Source of the DNA: Candidatus Aminicenantales bacterium
Lineage (GTDB): Bacteria > Acidobacteriota > Aminicenantia > Aminicenantales > UBA4085
Length of the DNA stretch: 64,000 nt
Assembly: GCA_049515535.1 (NCBI GenBank)
Contig: JBEKTZ010000004.1
Span: forward strand, 62,001-126,000
Direction: 5' to 3'
Positions 38,347 to 47,655 of the stretch are shown one piece after another. Positions within the stretch are counted from its first letter, which is position 1; the number at the start of each line of letters is the position of its first letter. The translations under genes were made by a program, and so were the position numbers. The notes beneath the pieces are model-generated. The model saw only the letters and a program-made list of their open reading frames with translations, was not told the origin of the DNA and did not search any database.

Positions 38347-38424
38347 TTTTCATCGCCTTCAAAAATCAAGCGAAGACGAAATATTCCGCCTCGCGGACGG
38401 CGGAATTCAGAGGAGTTCAAAGCC

Positions 38425-39303
38425 ATGATCACCGGCGCCTATTCGCTCCTGATGACGCCGTTCAATGACGATCTGTCATTGGACGAAAACGGCTTAAGAA
38501 CGCTCATCCGCATGCAGGTCAAGGCTGCAATCCACGGCCTGGCCCCGCTCGGCGTCACGGGAGAAAGCCCGGCTTTGTCCGAGGAAGAGATCCGGCGGGT
38601 CGTTGAAATCACGGTCGAAGAAGCCAACGGGGCCTGTAAAGTCGCTCCCGATACCTGCTCCTGCAATATCGATCAGACGATTCGCCGGGCCAATCTTTAC
38701 GCCGAGCTGGGCTGCGATTATGCCGTCGTTTTCGCCCCTTTCCTTGTCAAGCCGACCCAAGCGGGCCTGGTCGAATTTTATCGGCGGGTCGCCGACAGCT
38801 CCAAGATTCCGGTCATCCTCCATAACGTGCCGGAGCGGGCGGGCGTCAATATCGAACCCAAGACTTATGAAAAACTCATCCGCCACGGGAACATCATCGC
38901 CACCAAAGACGGCAAGAAGGAATTGGACCATCTGGCCAAAATTCTTTATCTCGCCAGAGGGACGTCGTTCACCGTCCTGACGGGAAAAGATACGACGGCC
39001 TATCCTCTCATGGCCTTCGGCGGCCATGGAGTTTTTACCGTCGCCGCGAATATCGTTCCCGGCGTCATGCGCCGGCTCGCGGATTTCTGTCTGAAGGGCG
39101 ATTTCGAAAAAGCGCGCGAAATCCATTTCGAGTACTTCGAACTCTTCGAAGCCTTGCGCCTCGAGACCAACCCCATGGCGGTCAAAGAGGCGCTTTCGCT
39201 GATGGGCCTGCCCGGCGGTCCGCTCCGGCTGCCGCTGACGCGGCTCAGCGAGCCGAATCGGGAAGACCTCAAGAGACTCCTCAAAGAACGGAGCCTCATT
39301 TGA
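38425..39303 (+). CDS. dapA: 4-hydroxy-tetrahydrodipicolinate synthase
   Basis: GVTGES, PVILHNVP.R.G, Schiff-base Lys (IIATKD), ETNPMAVK and LRLPL motifs; context with dapH. Confidence 0.85.
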   Translation: MITGAYSLLMTPFNDDLSLDENGLRTLIRMQVKAAIHGLAPLGVTGESPALSEEEIRRVVEITVEEANGACKVAPDTCSCNIDQTIRRANLYAELGCDYAVVFAPFLVKPTQAGLVEFYRRVADSSKIPVILHNVPERAGVNIEPKTYEKLIRHGNIIATKDGKKELDHLAKILYLARGTSFTVLTGKDTTAYPLMAFGGHGVFTVAANIVPGVMRRLADFCLKGDFEKAREIHFEYFELFEALRLETNPMAVKEALSLMGLPGGPLRLPLTRLSEPNREDLKRLLKERSLI

Positions 39304-40223
39304 AGGAGATCTTCCTTCAGGCCCCGGCTACGATCGCCAATTTCGGCCCGGGCTTCGATACGTTTTGCCTGGCCCTCGCCGCTCCCCTGGATTATTTTCA
39401 CATCCGGCGGAAATCGTCGCGGGGAATCACCATCCGGATCATCGATGGGCAGGAGACCCTTCCGACGGAGCCCGAAAAAAACACGGCCGGCTTGGCGGCG
39501 CTTCATTTTTTCGAAAAATCCAAGGCGGCGGGGGGCGTCGATATCGAAATCATAAAAAAAACGCCTTCCGCAGCGGGCCTGGGGACCTCGGCGGCATCGG
39601 CCGTCGCCGCCGCTTATGGCATGAACAAGCTTTTTGAAGCCGGCCTCAGCGAGGCCGATATCATCGAGATCGCGGGCAAAGGCGAAGCGGCCTCGGGCGG
39701 CACGCCTCACCTGGACAATGTTTCCGGATGCTGCTTGGGGGGGTTCGTTTTCGTCCGCAGTTTTCAGCCGCTCCGGCTCGAAAAAATCGTCGCGCCGGAA
39801 ATTCCGATCGTCATCCGGGTCCGGAAGAAATCGGTGACGACGTCGAGGGGATTGATCCCGGAACAGCTCGTTCTGAGACAAGTGAAGGAGCAGATGGCCT
39901 GGTGCGCGGCTGTCGTCCACGCCGTGAAGAGCGGCGATCTGGAGCGGATAGGCGAAGCAATCAATCGCGATCATATCTCGGAGCCGGTCCGGTCCCTTTA
40001 CATCCCGGGCTATCAAGCGCTCAAGAAGAGGGTTTTAGAGGCGGGCGCGTTCGGCGTCAATGTCTGCGGAGGCGGATCGTCCGTCTTCGCCATCTGCGAT
40101 AAAGAACAGCGGGAGGTGGTCGCGGAAGCGATGAGTCTTCCTTTGGAGGGCGACAAGGAGCCGCCGCTCGTCCTGACCACGAAATCCTCGAATCAGGGGG
40201 TCATGGAGATCGATGGATTATAA
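39300..40223 (+). CDS. thrB: Homoserine kinase
   Basis: APATIANFGPGFD, AGLGTSAAS and HLDNV GHMP motifs. Confidence 0.88.
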   Translation: MKEIFLQAPATIANFGPGFDTFCLALAAPLDYFHIRRKSSRGITIRIIDGQETLPTEPEKNTAGLAALHFFEKSKAAGGVDIEIIKKTPSAAGLGTSAASAVAAAYGMNKLFEAGLSEADIIEIAGKGEAASGGTPHLDNVSGCCLGGFVFVRSFQPLRLEKIVAPEIPIVIRVRKKSVTTSRGLIPEQLVLRQVKEQMAWCAAVVHAVKSGDLERIGEAINRDHISEPVRSLYIPGYQALKKRVLEAGAFGVNVCGGGSSVFAICDKEQREVVAEAMSLPLEGDKEPPLVLTTKSSNQGVMEIDGL

Positions 40224-40926
40224 ACAAATCGCCCGGCTCATTGCCAAGAGCCGAAAAATCACGCCGGCCAAGGTCTATGTGGAAGGGGAGTTCCGGAGGG
40301 TCGATTTTAAAAACGCGGCCTTCCAAGCGTTTGGGGAGGGATCTTTTTGGATCCTGATCGGCGACTATGAGGAGATCCGGAAATGGATGGCCCGCCACCG
40401 GGCCCGCATCGTCGATAACCACATGGAAGTGACGGCCCGCTATTCGGCCCTGCCGCTCATCGATTTGAAAACGGTCCAGGCGCGCGTCGAGCCCGGAGCC
40501 GTGATTCGAGCCGGGGCCCGCATCGGGCGGGATTGCGTGATCATGATGGGGGCCGTCATCAATATCGGCGCCGAACTCGGACCCAGGACGATGATCGACA
40601 TGAACGCCGTTTTGGGCGCCCGGGCGATCGTCGGGCGGAATTGCCACATCGGCGCCGGCGCCGTCATCGCCGGCGTCCTCGAACCGCCCAGCAGGAAACC
40701 CGTCGTGATCGCGGACAACGTCCTGGTGGGGGCCAATGCCGTCGTCCTCGAAGGCGTGAAGGTCGGGAAGGGGAGCGTCATCGCCGCCGGGGCCGTCGTC
40801 CTCAAAAACGTGCCGCCCGGAGTCGTCGCGGCGGGCGTTCCGGCCGAAGTCATCAAATCGGTCCGGGATATCGGGAACCGGGAAAAGATCGCGATCCTCA
40901 AGAACCTTCGCGGCCATCGAAAATAA
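40213..40926 (+). CDS. dapH: Tetrahydrodipicolinate N-acetyltransferase
   Basis: N-terminal TPAKVYV domain; ARVEPGAVIR, IMMGAVINIGA, MIDMNAVLG and HIGAGAVIAGVLEPPS hexapeptide repeats. Confidence 0.9.
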   Translation: MDYKQIARLIAKSRKITPAKVYVEGEFRRVDFKNAAFQAFGEGSFWILIGDYEEIRKWMARHRARIVDNHMEVTARYSALPLIDLKTVQARVEPGAVIRAGARIGRDCVIMMGAVINIGAELGPRTMIDMNAVLGARAIVGRNCHIGAGAVIAGVLEPPSRKPVVIADNVLVGANAVVLEGVKVGKGSVIAAGAVVLKNVPPGVVAAGVPAEVIKSVRDIGNREKIAILKNLRGHRK

Positions 40927-40974
40927 GCGGGCGGAAACGTTCGCCGGCGTCCCTGACGCGCAAGGTGATCAGAT

Positions 40975-41973
40975 ATGGATCTTTTTGAATTGACCAAAGC
41001 GCTCGTGAATATTCCCTCCGTCACGGGAAGCGAAAGCGCTTTGGCCGATTTTCTCGTGACCTTTCTCCGCAAACGGGGTTTCGACGTCCGGGAGCAGGTC
41101 GTCGAGCGGAAACGGCGAAACGTTTTCGCCGCGGCCGGGGCAAAGCCGGGCGTCGTCTTATGCACGCATATGGACACGGTGCCGGGTCCGGCCGTCGCCT
41201 CCGAGGACGGCGAATACATTTACGGCCGGGGCTCATGCGATGCCAAAGGCATCATGTCGGCCATGATCGTTGCGGCCCGCGCCCTTCTCGAGGAGAGGAT
41301 TCAAAGCGTCGGGCTTCTTTTCGTCGTCGGCGAAGAGACAGACAGCCTGGGCGCCCGACGAGCCAACGTCATGGACCCCGGTTCGCGGTTTATCATCGTC
41401 GGAGAGCCCACCGGGAACAAACTCGCGAGCGGACACAAAGGAATTCTGACGATCCGGCTGACCACGCAAGGCCGGAAGGCGCATTCCGCTTTTCCCCATC
41501 TCGGCGAATCGGCTGTCACTAAGCTTTTGGACTGTCTCCAGATCGTCAGGAGCCTGGAGCTTGGAGAAGATCCGGCTTTGGGCAAGACCCTGATGAACAT
41601 CGGCCGGATCGAAGGAGGGGTCGCGCCGAACGTCATTCCCGATGCGGCCGAGGCCGTCATTTCGTATCGCACGGCCGTCGCTCCGGATCAGGTCCTCGGG
41701 CAAATTGTCCGGGCGGTCGGCAGATCGGCGGACCTCGAGGTGATCACGAAATCCGACCCTCAGATCCTGCACACGGTTCCCGGCTTTGAGCAGGCGGTCA
41801 TGCCCTTCGGGTCGGACATCCCCCATTTGAAAGCTTTCGGCAAGCCGCTGCTCATCGGTCCCGGTTCGGCTTTCGAGGCCCATACGGAATCGGAGAAAAT
41901 TGGAAAGACGTCGCTGCTGGAGGCCGTCGATATCTACAAGAAATTGGTGAAGGGCTTGTTGGCGGAGATATAA
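40975..41973 (+). CDS. M20A deacylase (ArgE/DapE family), candidate N-acetyl-DAP deacetylase
   Basis: HMDTVP, GRGSCDAKG, GEE, GEPT and AHT..E motifs. Confidence 0.87.
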   Translation: MDLFELTKALVNIPSVTGSESALADFLVTFLRKRGFDVREQVVERKRRNVFAAAGAKPGVVLCTHMDTVPGPAVASEDGEYIYGRGSCDAKGIMSAMIVAARALLEERIQSVGLLFVVGEETDSLGARRANVMDPGSRFIIVGEPTGNKLASGHKGILTIRLTTQGRKAHSAFPHLGESAVTKLLDCLQIVRSLELGEDPALGKTLMNIGRIEGGVAPNVIPDAAEAVISYRTAVAPDQVLGQIVRAVGRSADLEVITKSDPQILHTVPGFEQAVMPFGSDIPHLKAFGKPLLIGPGSAFEAHTESEKIGKTSLLEAVDIYKKLVKGLLAEI

Positions 41974-41978
41974 GGACG

Positions 41979-43124
41979 ATGGAAACTCAGCCGTCGATTT
42001 TGAGCGATCGCATGCGCGGGATCGAGAAAACCCTGATAAGGCGGATCCATGATCTGGCCGGGCCGGACTGCATCGACCTCGGACTGGGCGAGCTCCGCTT
42101 TCCCACGCCTCGGCCCATTCTGGATCACGTCCGGGAAAATTTGGGGAAGTGGAAAATCGGCTATACGCCCAACGAAGGATACCAGGAGCTCCGCGAGTTG
42201 ATCGCCGGGCGGAGCGGCTATCCCGTCACGCCGGACCGCATCTGCGTCACGGTCGGGGCCCAGGAAGCGCTCATGGCCGTCCTGATGGTCATCGTCAATG
42301 CCGGGGACGAGATCTTGGTTCCCGACCCCGGATTTCCGGCTTATGCCTCGCTTGTCCGCATGGCGGGCGGCGAGCCGGCGACGTATCCTCTTTTCCAGGA
42401 ATCGGGCTTCAAGATGAACGCCGGCCACGTACTCGGCGCCCTCACCGGGAAAACGAAAGCCGTGATTCTCAACAGTCCGAATAATCCCAGCGGCGCCGTC
42501 TACGCCGGGGAAGAGCTGGAAAAGTTGGCGGCGGGACTTCGCGAACGTTCCGTCCTGGCGATTTCGGATGAAGTCTATAAAGAGATTTCGTTCGGGAAAC
42601 GGCCGGATTCGATCGCTTCTTATATGGACCGGTGCGTCGTGATCGACAGCCTCTCCAAGAGTTTCGGCATGACGGGTTGGCGGATCGGATGGTGCGCGGT
42701 TCCGCCGGATATGGCCAGGGCCCTGGCCGGCTTTCATCAATTGGCCGTGAGCTGCGTGTCGTCGATCTCCCAGCGCGCGGCTATTTATGCCTTGAAAGGA
42801 TTCGCGGACGAGGACAAGAAGCGAAACGTGGAGGAGCTTCGGAGGCGAAGAGATCTCGCCGCGAAATGCCTGGACGATCATACCGACTTGAGCTATATCA
42901 AGCCCGAAGGGACGTTCTATGTCTTTGTCGACGTCGCGGATAAAAAGCCTGAATTCGGCGGCTCGTTGGATATCGCCATGGGACTCCTGACGAAAGAAAA
43001 AGTCGTCACGATCCCGGGCGTGGCGTTCGGGCCGCGAGGCGAGGGTCATCTGCGGCTTTCGTTCGCGGCTGAGCCCGAGCAAATCGAGGAGGGCATCCGG
43101 AGACTGGGCCGCTTTTTCGCATAA
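41979..43124 (+). CDS. Class I/II PLP aminotransferase (PatA/DapX-like)
   Basis: NSPNNPSG, DEVY, SKSFGMTGWRIG and LRLSFA motifs. Confidence 0.9.
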   Translation: METQPSILSDRMRGIEKTLIRRIHDLAGPDCIDLGLGELRFPTPRPILDHVRENLGKWKIGYTPNEGYQELRELIAGRSGYPVTPDRICVTVGAQEALMAVLMVIVNAGDEILVPDPGFPAYASLVRMAGGEPATYPLFQESGFKMNAGHVLGALTGKTKAVILNSPNNPSGAVYAGEELEKLAAGLRERSVLAISDEVYKEISFGKRPDSIASYMDRCVVIDSLSKSFGMTGWRIGWCAVPPDMARALAGFHQLAVSCVSSISQRAAIYALKGFADEDKKRNVEELRRRRDLAAKCLDDHTDLSYIKPEGTFYVFVDVADKKPEFGGSLDIAMGLLTKEKVVTIPGVAFGPRGEGHLRLSFAAEPEQIEEGIRRLGRFFA

Positions 43125-43170
43125 ATTGCGCCGCCGGCCGATTTGCCGGGCCGAAGGGAAGGAGATTGAC

Positions 43171-44274
43171 ATGTCGAAAGAACGCCTCATATCCGTCGAC
43201 GCGTTCCGTGGTCTGACGATTGCGTTCATGATCCTGGTCAATAACCCGGCCAGCTGGACGTACGTCTATGCACCGCTCCGTCATGCCGAATGGCACGGCT
43301 GGACGCCCACGGATCTCATTTTCCCGTTTTTTCTGTTCATTGTCGGGATCTCGATCGCCCTCTCGTTTTCCCGGAGGAAAGGGGAGGGCTGCCCCGCCGG
43401 GAGCCTTTACGGCAAGATCGTCCTCAGATCGGCCGTGATCTTCGTCATCGGACTCTTCCTCCATCTCTTTCCGCGTTTTCCTTTTGCGACCATGCGGATT
43501 CCCGGCGTCCTTCAGCGGATCGCGGTCTGCTTTCTTTTTGGTGCCCTGATTTATTTGAACACGAGAGCCAAAAGCCGGATCGCCATTTCTGCGATCATCC
43601 TCGCCGGATTCTGGGCCCTCATGACGTTTGTGCCGGTTCCGGGCTATGGACCGGGTCTTCTCGCTTATCAAGGCAACCTCTGCGGCTACATCGATACCAA
43701 GCTTCTGGCTGGCCATATCTATAAACCCGAATTCGATCCGGAAGGGATCCTGAGCACGCTTCCGGCGATCGTCACGGTGCTGCTCGGGACGTTGGCCGGG
43801 GATTGGCTGCGCTCTCCCCGGACCGATTTCCGGAAGACGCGCGGGATCTTTGCGGCCGGAATCCTGTTGACCGCCGCCGGGCTTTTGCTGGGCCGTTATT
43901 TTCCGATCAATAAACAGCTGTGGACGAGCACCTTCGTCATTTTAACGGCCGGAATGGCCCTCGTTGTGTTCGGCCTCTGCTTTATCCTCATCGAACGATT
44001 CCGTTTCAAAAAATGGGCCTATCCGTTTCTCATCCTCGGCACGAACGCCATTACGGTTTTCGCCGGCTCGACGCTGATGGTCAAAATCCTCATGTTGATC
44101 AGGATTCCCGACGCCGGAAAAACCGTAAGCCCTATGACGTATCTCTATAACCATGTCCTTTCTCCGGCGGCCGGGCCATACCTTGGATCCTTGATCTATC
44201 CCCTGGCCTTGATCGTTTTATGGATTTTTCTCATCCTGCCGCTGTACAAACGAAAAATATTCCTCAAGGTATAG
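43171..44274 (+). CDS. HGSNAT/NagX-like membrane acyltransferase
   Basis: RLISVDAFRG..IAFMILVN, HAEWHG, DLIFPFFLF, PGVLQRIA, DPEG and PINKQLWT motifs. Confidence 0.9.
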   Translation: MSKERLISVDAFRGLTIAFMILVNNPASWTYVYAPLRHAEWHGWTPTDLIFPFFLFIVGISIALSFSRRKGEGCPAGSLYGKIVLRSAVIFVIGLFLHLFPRFPFATMRIPGVLQRIAVCFLFGALIYLNTRAKSRIAISAIILAGFWALMTFVPVPGYGPGLLAYQGNLCGYIDTKLLAGHIYKPEFDPEGILSTLPAIVTVLLGTLAGDWLRSPRTDFRKTRGIFAAGILLTAAGLLLGRYFPINKQLWTSTFVILTAGMALVVFGLCFILIERFRFKKWAYPFLILGTNAITVFAGSTLMVKILMLIRIPDAGKTVSPMTYLYNHVLSPAAGPYLGSLIYPLALIVLWIFLILPLYKRKIFLKV

Positions 44275-44410
44275 ATTCCCTATTCCGCCGGAGCTCGCCC
44301 GGCCCAAGAAATCTCGGATAGATCCTTTACTTCTTTCAGCCTCTTCCTTCTTGAGTTCAACGCCTAAAGCCTGTATGATGACTGATTAAATTCGGATTTC
44401 TGGAGCGCCC

Positions 44411-45403
44411 ATGGAAGCGATCAAGGTCGAAGATCTGACGAAGCGATTCGAAGACGTGACGGCCGTGGACCATCTTTCGTTCGAGGTCCATCAAGGCGAG
44501 CTTTTCGGCCTCCTCGGGCCGAATGGGGCCGGAAAGACGACGACGATCAATATGCTCTCGACGCTCCTCAAGCCGACGTCGGGGCGGGCCGAGGTGGCCG
44601 GCTTCGACGTGGCCAAAAACAGAGACAGCGTCCGAAAAAACATCGGGGTCGTTTTTCAAGAGCCGGCGCTGGACGGAAAACTCACGGGCCGCGAAAATCT
44701 CGAGTTCCACGCCATGATGTATGGCATCAAGGCCGAGGAGCGGCGGAAGCGGATCGCCGACGTCCTGAGCCTCGTCGACCTGACCGACAAAGCAAAGGTC
44801 CTGGTCGAGAAATATTCCGGGGGCATGAAGCGCCGGCTCGAGATCGCGCGGGGGCTGATCCAGCGGCCCACCGTCCTTTTCCTCGATGAGCCGACGCTCG
44901 GACTGGACGCGCAGACACGCCGGCATATCTGGGATTACGTCAAGAAACTCAACCGGGAAGGCCGGGTCACGATCATCCTGACGACGCATTACATGGAAGA
45001 AGCCGATTATCTCTGCGAAAGGGTCGCCATCATGGACCATGGCAAATTCGTGGCCCTCGATACGCCCTCGAAGCTCAAGGACGTTCTCGGCGGCGACGTC
45101 GTCCAGATGGAGATCGACGGGGATCCGGCTCGTCTCGAGGCCGAGTTGAAATCCACGGAATGGATCAAGAAATACGCCCGCCGGGACGAGGTCCTGACTC
45201 TGACCATGGAAAAAGGAGAGCGGAGGATCCCCGAGCTCATCAACATCGCCCAGAATCATGGCGTCGCGGTGACCTGCGTCCACCTCCGCAAGCCGAGCTT
45301 GGAAGACGTCTTTCTCCACTTTACCGGCCGGATGATCCGCGAACAGGAAGGGAATTCCATGGACCAAAGCCGGGTGATGATGCGGGCCCACGGGAGGAGA
45401 TGA
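44411..45403 (+). CDS. ABC-2 exporter ATP-binding protein (DrrA-like)
   Basis: GPNGAGKTT, YSGGMKRR, LDEPT and TTHYMEEA motifs. Confidence 0.95.
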   Translation: MEAIKVEDLTKRFEDVTAVDHLSFEVHQGELFGLLGPNGAGKTTTINMLSTLLKPTSGRAEVAGFDVAKNRDSVRKNIGVVFQEPALDGKLTGRENLEFHAMMYGIKAEERRKRIADVLSLVDLTDKAKVLVEKYSGGMKRRLEIARGLIQRPTVLFLDEPTLGLDAQTRRHIWDYVKKLNREGRVTIILTTHYMEEADYLCERVAIMDHGKFVALDTPSKLKDVLGGDVVQMEIDGDPARLEAELKSTEWIKKYARRDEVLTLTMEKGERRIPELINIAQNHGVAVTCVHLRKPSLEDVFLHFTGRMIREQEGNSMDQSRVMMRAHGRR

Positions 45404-46176
45404 TCATGATCAGCTGGACGGCGGTTTATGTTCTGTGGCTGAGGGAAATGAAACGCTACAGCCGGGCGAAATCCAGGATCATCGGGTCGTTGATCCAGCC
45501 CTTGTTTTTCCTGGCGTTTTTGGGCCTCGGTTTCAACAAGCTGTCTATTCCGGGGATGCAACCGGGGACGAATTACATCCAATTTCTCGTCCCCGGCATC
45601 GTCGGGATGACCCTGCTTTTTTCCTCGTCGATGCAGGGCCTCTCGGTCCTCTGGGACCGGGAGTTCGGTTTCCTCAAGGAGATCATGGTCGCGCCGGTCG
45701 GCCGGGTTTCGATCGTCCTCGGACGGATCGCCGGAGGCACGACGACGACCATGATCCAGGGGCTGCTGGTCCTGGGACTCTCGTTCTTCCTCCGCTTCCG
45801 CATCACCCATATTCCGAATTTCCTCCTGGCCCTCGCCTTCATGATCCTGATCGCGTTCACGTTCATTGGGTTGGGGTTGATCTTCGCCTCGAAGATGAAG
45901 GACATGCAGGGGTTCGGCCTGATCATCAATTTCATCATCTTTCCCCTGTTTTTCCTTTCCGGCGCGCTCTACCCGCTGAAAAACCTCCCCCTCGTTGTCC
46001 GCATTCTGTCCTATTTAGACCCTTTGACCTACGGCATCGATGGATTGCGGCAGACCATGATTCTCGGGTATGAATCCTCGATTCCGGTCTACCTGAATTT
46101 TGCGATCATGGCCGGATTTTCGTTGGTCATGCTTTTCCTGGGCGCGTTTTTTTTCGAGAAAAGCGAAAGCGTTTGA
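45400..46176 (+). CDS. ABC-2 exporter permease (DrrB-like)
   Basis: FLVPGI, WDREFGFLKE, FLSGALYP and PLTYGIDGLR; ATGA overlap with the ATPase. Confidence 0.92.
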   Translation: MIMISWTAVYVLWLREMKRYSRAKSRIIGSLIQPLFFLAFLGLGFNKLSIPGMQPGTNYIQFLVPGIVGMTLLFSSSMQGLSVLWDREFGFLKEIMVAPVGRVSIVLGRIAGGTTTTMIQGLLVLGLSFFLRFRITHIPNFLLALAFMILIAFTFIGLGLIFASKMKDMQGFGLIINFIIFPLFFLSGALYPLKNLPLVVRILSYLDPLTYGIDGLRQTMILGYESSIPVYLNFAIMAGFSLVMLFLGAFFFEKSESV

Positions 46177-46189
46177 AGAAGGGGAGATC

Positions 46190-47569
46190 ATGGTCAAAGA
46201 TAAAAAATGGAATCAGGACAAGGGTTGGTATCGATCAGGCCTTATTATCCTCATGGCGATCGTCGGAATGGTCGCTTGCCAGGCCGGGGAATCGGGGAAA
46301 ACGAAAAAGATGATCGCGGCGTCAGCGCCCATCAAAGTCAAGCTCGGCGTCGATGTGTTCTTTGAAAAACATCTTGATCGGGTGAAGGGCAAGAAGGTCG
46401 GCCTCATCACCAACCCCTCAGGGGTCAACGGCCGTCTGGAAAGCACGATCGATCTATTTCTTGCCCATCCCGATATTCAGCTCGCGGCGCTTTACGGCCC
46501 GGAGCACGGCGTCAGGGGAGACGCCCAAGCCGGAGCCTTTGTCCCGTTTTATCTAGACAAGAAATTCCATATTCCGGTTTTCAGCCTGTACGGACCGTCC
46601 ATGAAGCCGCAGCCGGGCATGCTCAAGAATATCGATGAGTACATGCGGTCTTTCGATACGACCCACGATGATAAAAAACTGAGCGGGTCGATGACCAAGG
46701 ACATCGACGTCCTGGTATACGATATCCAAGACGTGGGAACCCGCGTCTATACCTTCGAGTCGACGATGGCCTATGCCATGCAGGCCGCGGCTGAAGCGGG
46801 GATTGATTTCATCGTCCTCGACCGGCCCAATCCCATCAACGGCGTGTCGATGGAGGGCCCGATCCTGGAATATCCGGAATTCAGCTCGTTCGTCGGGATC
46901 TATCCCGTCCCGCTCCGCTTCGGCCTGACGATCGGAGAGTTGGCCGTCCTCTATAACGAAAAATTCCTTGAAAAGAAAGCGAAATTGACCGTTATCCCGA
47001 TGGCGGGCTGGACGCGAGGGATGTGGTACGACGACACGGATCTGCCCTGGGTCATCCCCTCGCCGAATATACCCACCCTCGACACGGCGGCGGTCTACCC
47101 CGGCCAGGTTTTTTTCGAAGGCACGAACGTTTCCGAGGGCCGGGGGACGACGCGGCCGTTCGAACTCTTCGGCGCTCCGTGGATCGACGGCTATGACCTG
47201 GCGAAAAAACTCAACGCGCTCGGACTCGCCGGCGTCACATTCCGGGAGCAGTGGTTCACGCCGACGTTCTCCAAGTTCAAAGACGAGCTCTGCGGAGGAT
47301 GCCAGATCCATGTGACCGAAAGGAACATCTACCGGCCCCTCGAGACAACGCTTCACATCATCAAGGTCGTCCGCGATGCCTACCCCGCGCAATTCCAATT
47401 CCACGAGAAATACTTCGACAAGGTCATGGGAACGTCCTCCGTCCGGAAGGCCATCGAAGCGGGAAAAAGCATTCCCGAGATCGTCGCGGGCTGGGCGGAG
47501 GGATTGGCGAAGTTCGATGAGCTCCGCAAGGCCTTTCTCCTCTACGGAACGCGGAATCCGGCGTCCTAG
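46190..47569 (+). CDS. namZ: Exo-beta-N-acetylmuramidase NamZ (DUF1343) lipoprotein
   Basis: VGLITN, PEHG, DIQDVG.R.YT, LDRPNP, PSPN and SEGRGTT motifs; lipobox MVAC. Confidence 0.88.
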   Translation: MVKDKKWNQDKGWYRSGLIILMAIVGMVACQAGESGKTKKMIAASAPIKVKLGVDVFFEKHLDRVKGKKVGLITNPSGVNGRLESTIDLFLAHPDIQLAALYGPEHGVRGDAQAGAFVPFYLDKKFHIPVFSLYGPSMKPQPGMLKNIDEYMRSFDTTHDDKKLSGSMTKDIDVLVYDIQDVGTRVYTFESTMAYAMQAAAEAGIDFIVLDRPNPINGVSMEGPILEYPEFSSFVGIYPVPLRFGLTIGELAVLYNEKFLEKKAKLTVIPMAGWTRGMWYDDTDLPWVIPSPNIPTLDTAAVYPGQVFFEGTNVSEGRGTTRPFELFGAPWIDGYDLAKKLNALGLAGVTFREQWFTPTFSKFKDELCGGCQIHVTERNIYRPLETTLHIIKVVRDAYPAQFQFHEKYFDKVMGTSSVRKAIEAGKSIPEIVAGWAEGLAKFDELRKAFLLYGTRNPAS

Positions 47570-47655
47570 CTTATTGTATTGAATAGAACCCGGCGTTTCT
47601 TTTACAATAGGGATCTTTCCGCTGTTGTGGCGGACTTCATTAAGGAGCTGGATGC

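Noticed and set aside
38347..38424. Lysine riboswitch upstream of dapA
   Set aside because: The leader from the predicted promoter is only about 70 nt and lacks the multi-stem L-box architecture.
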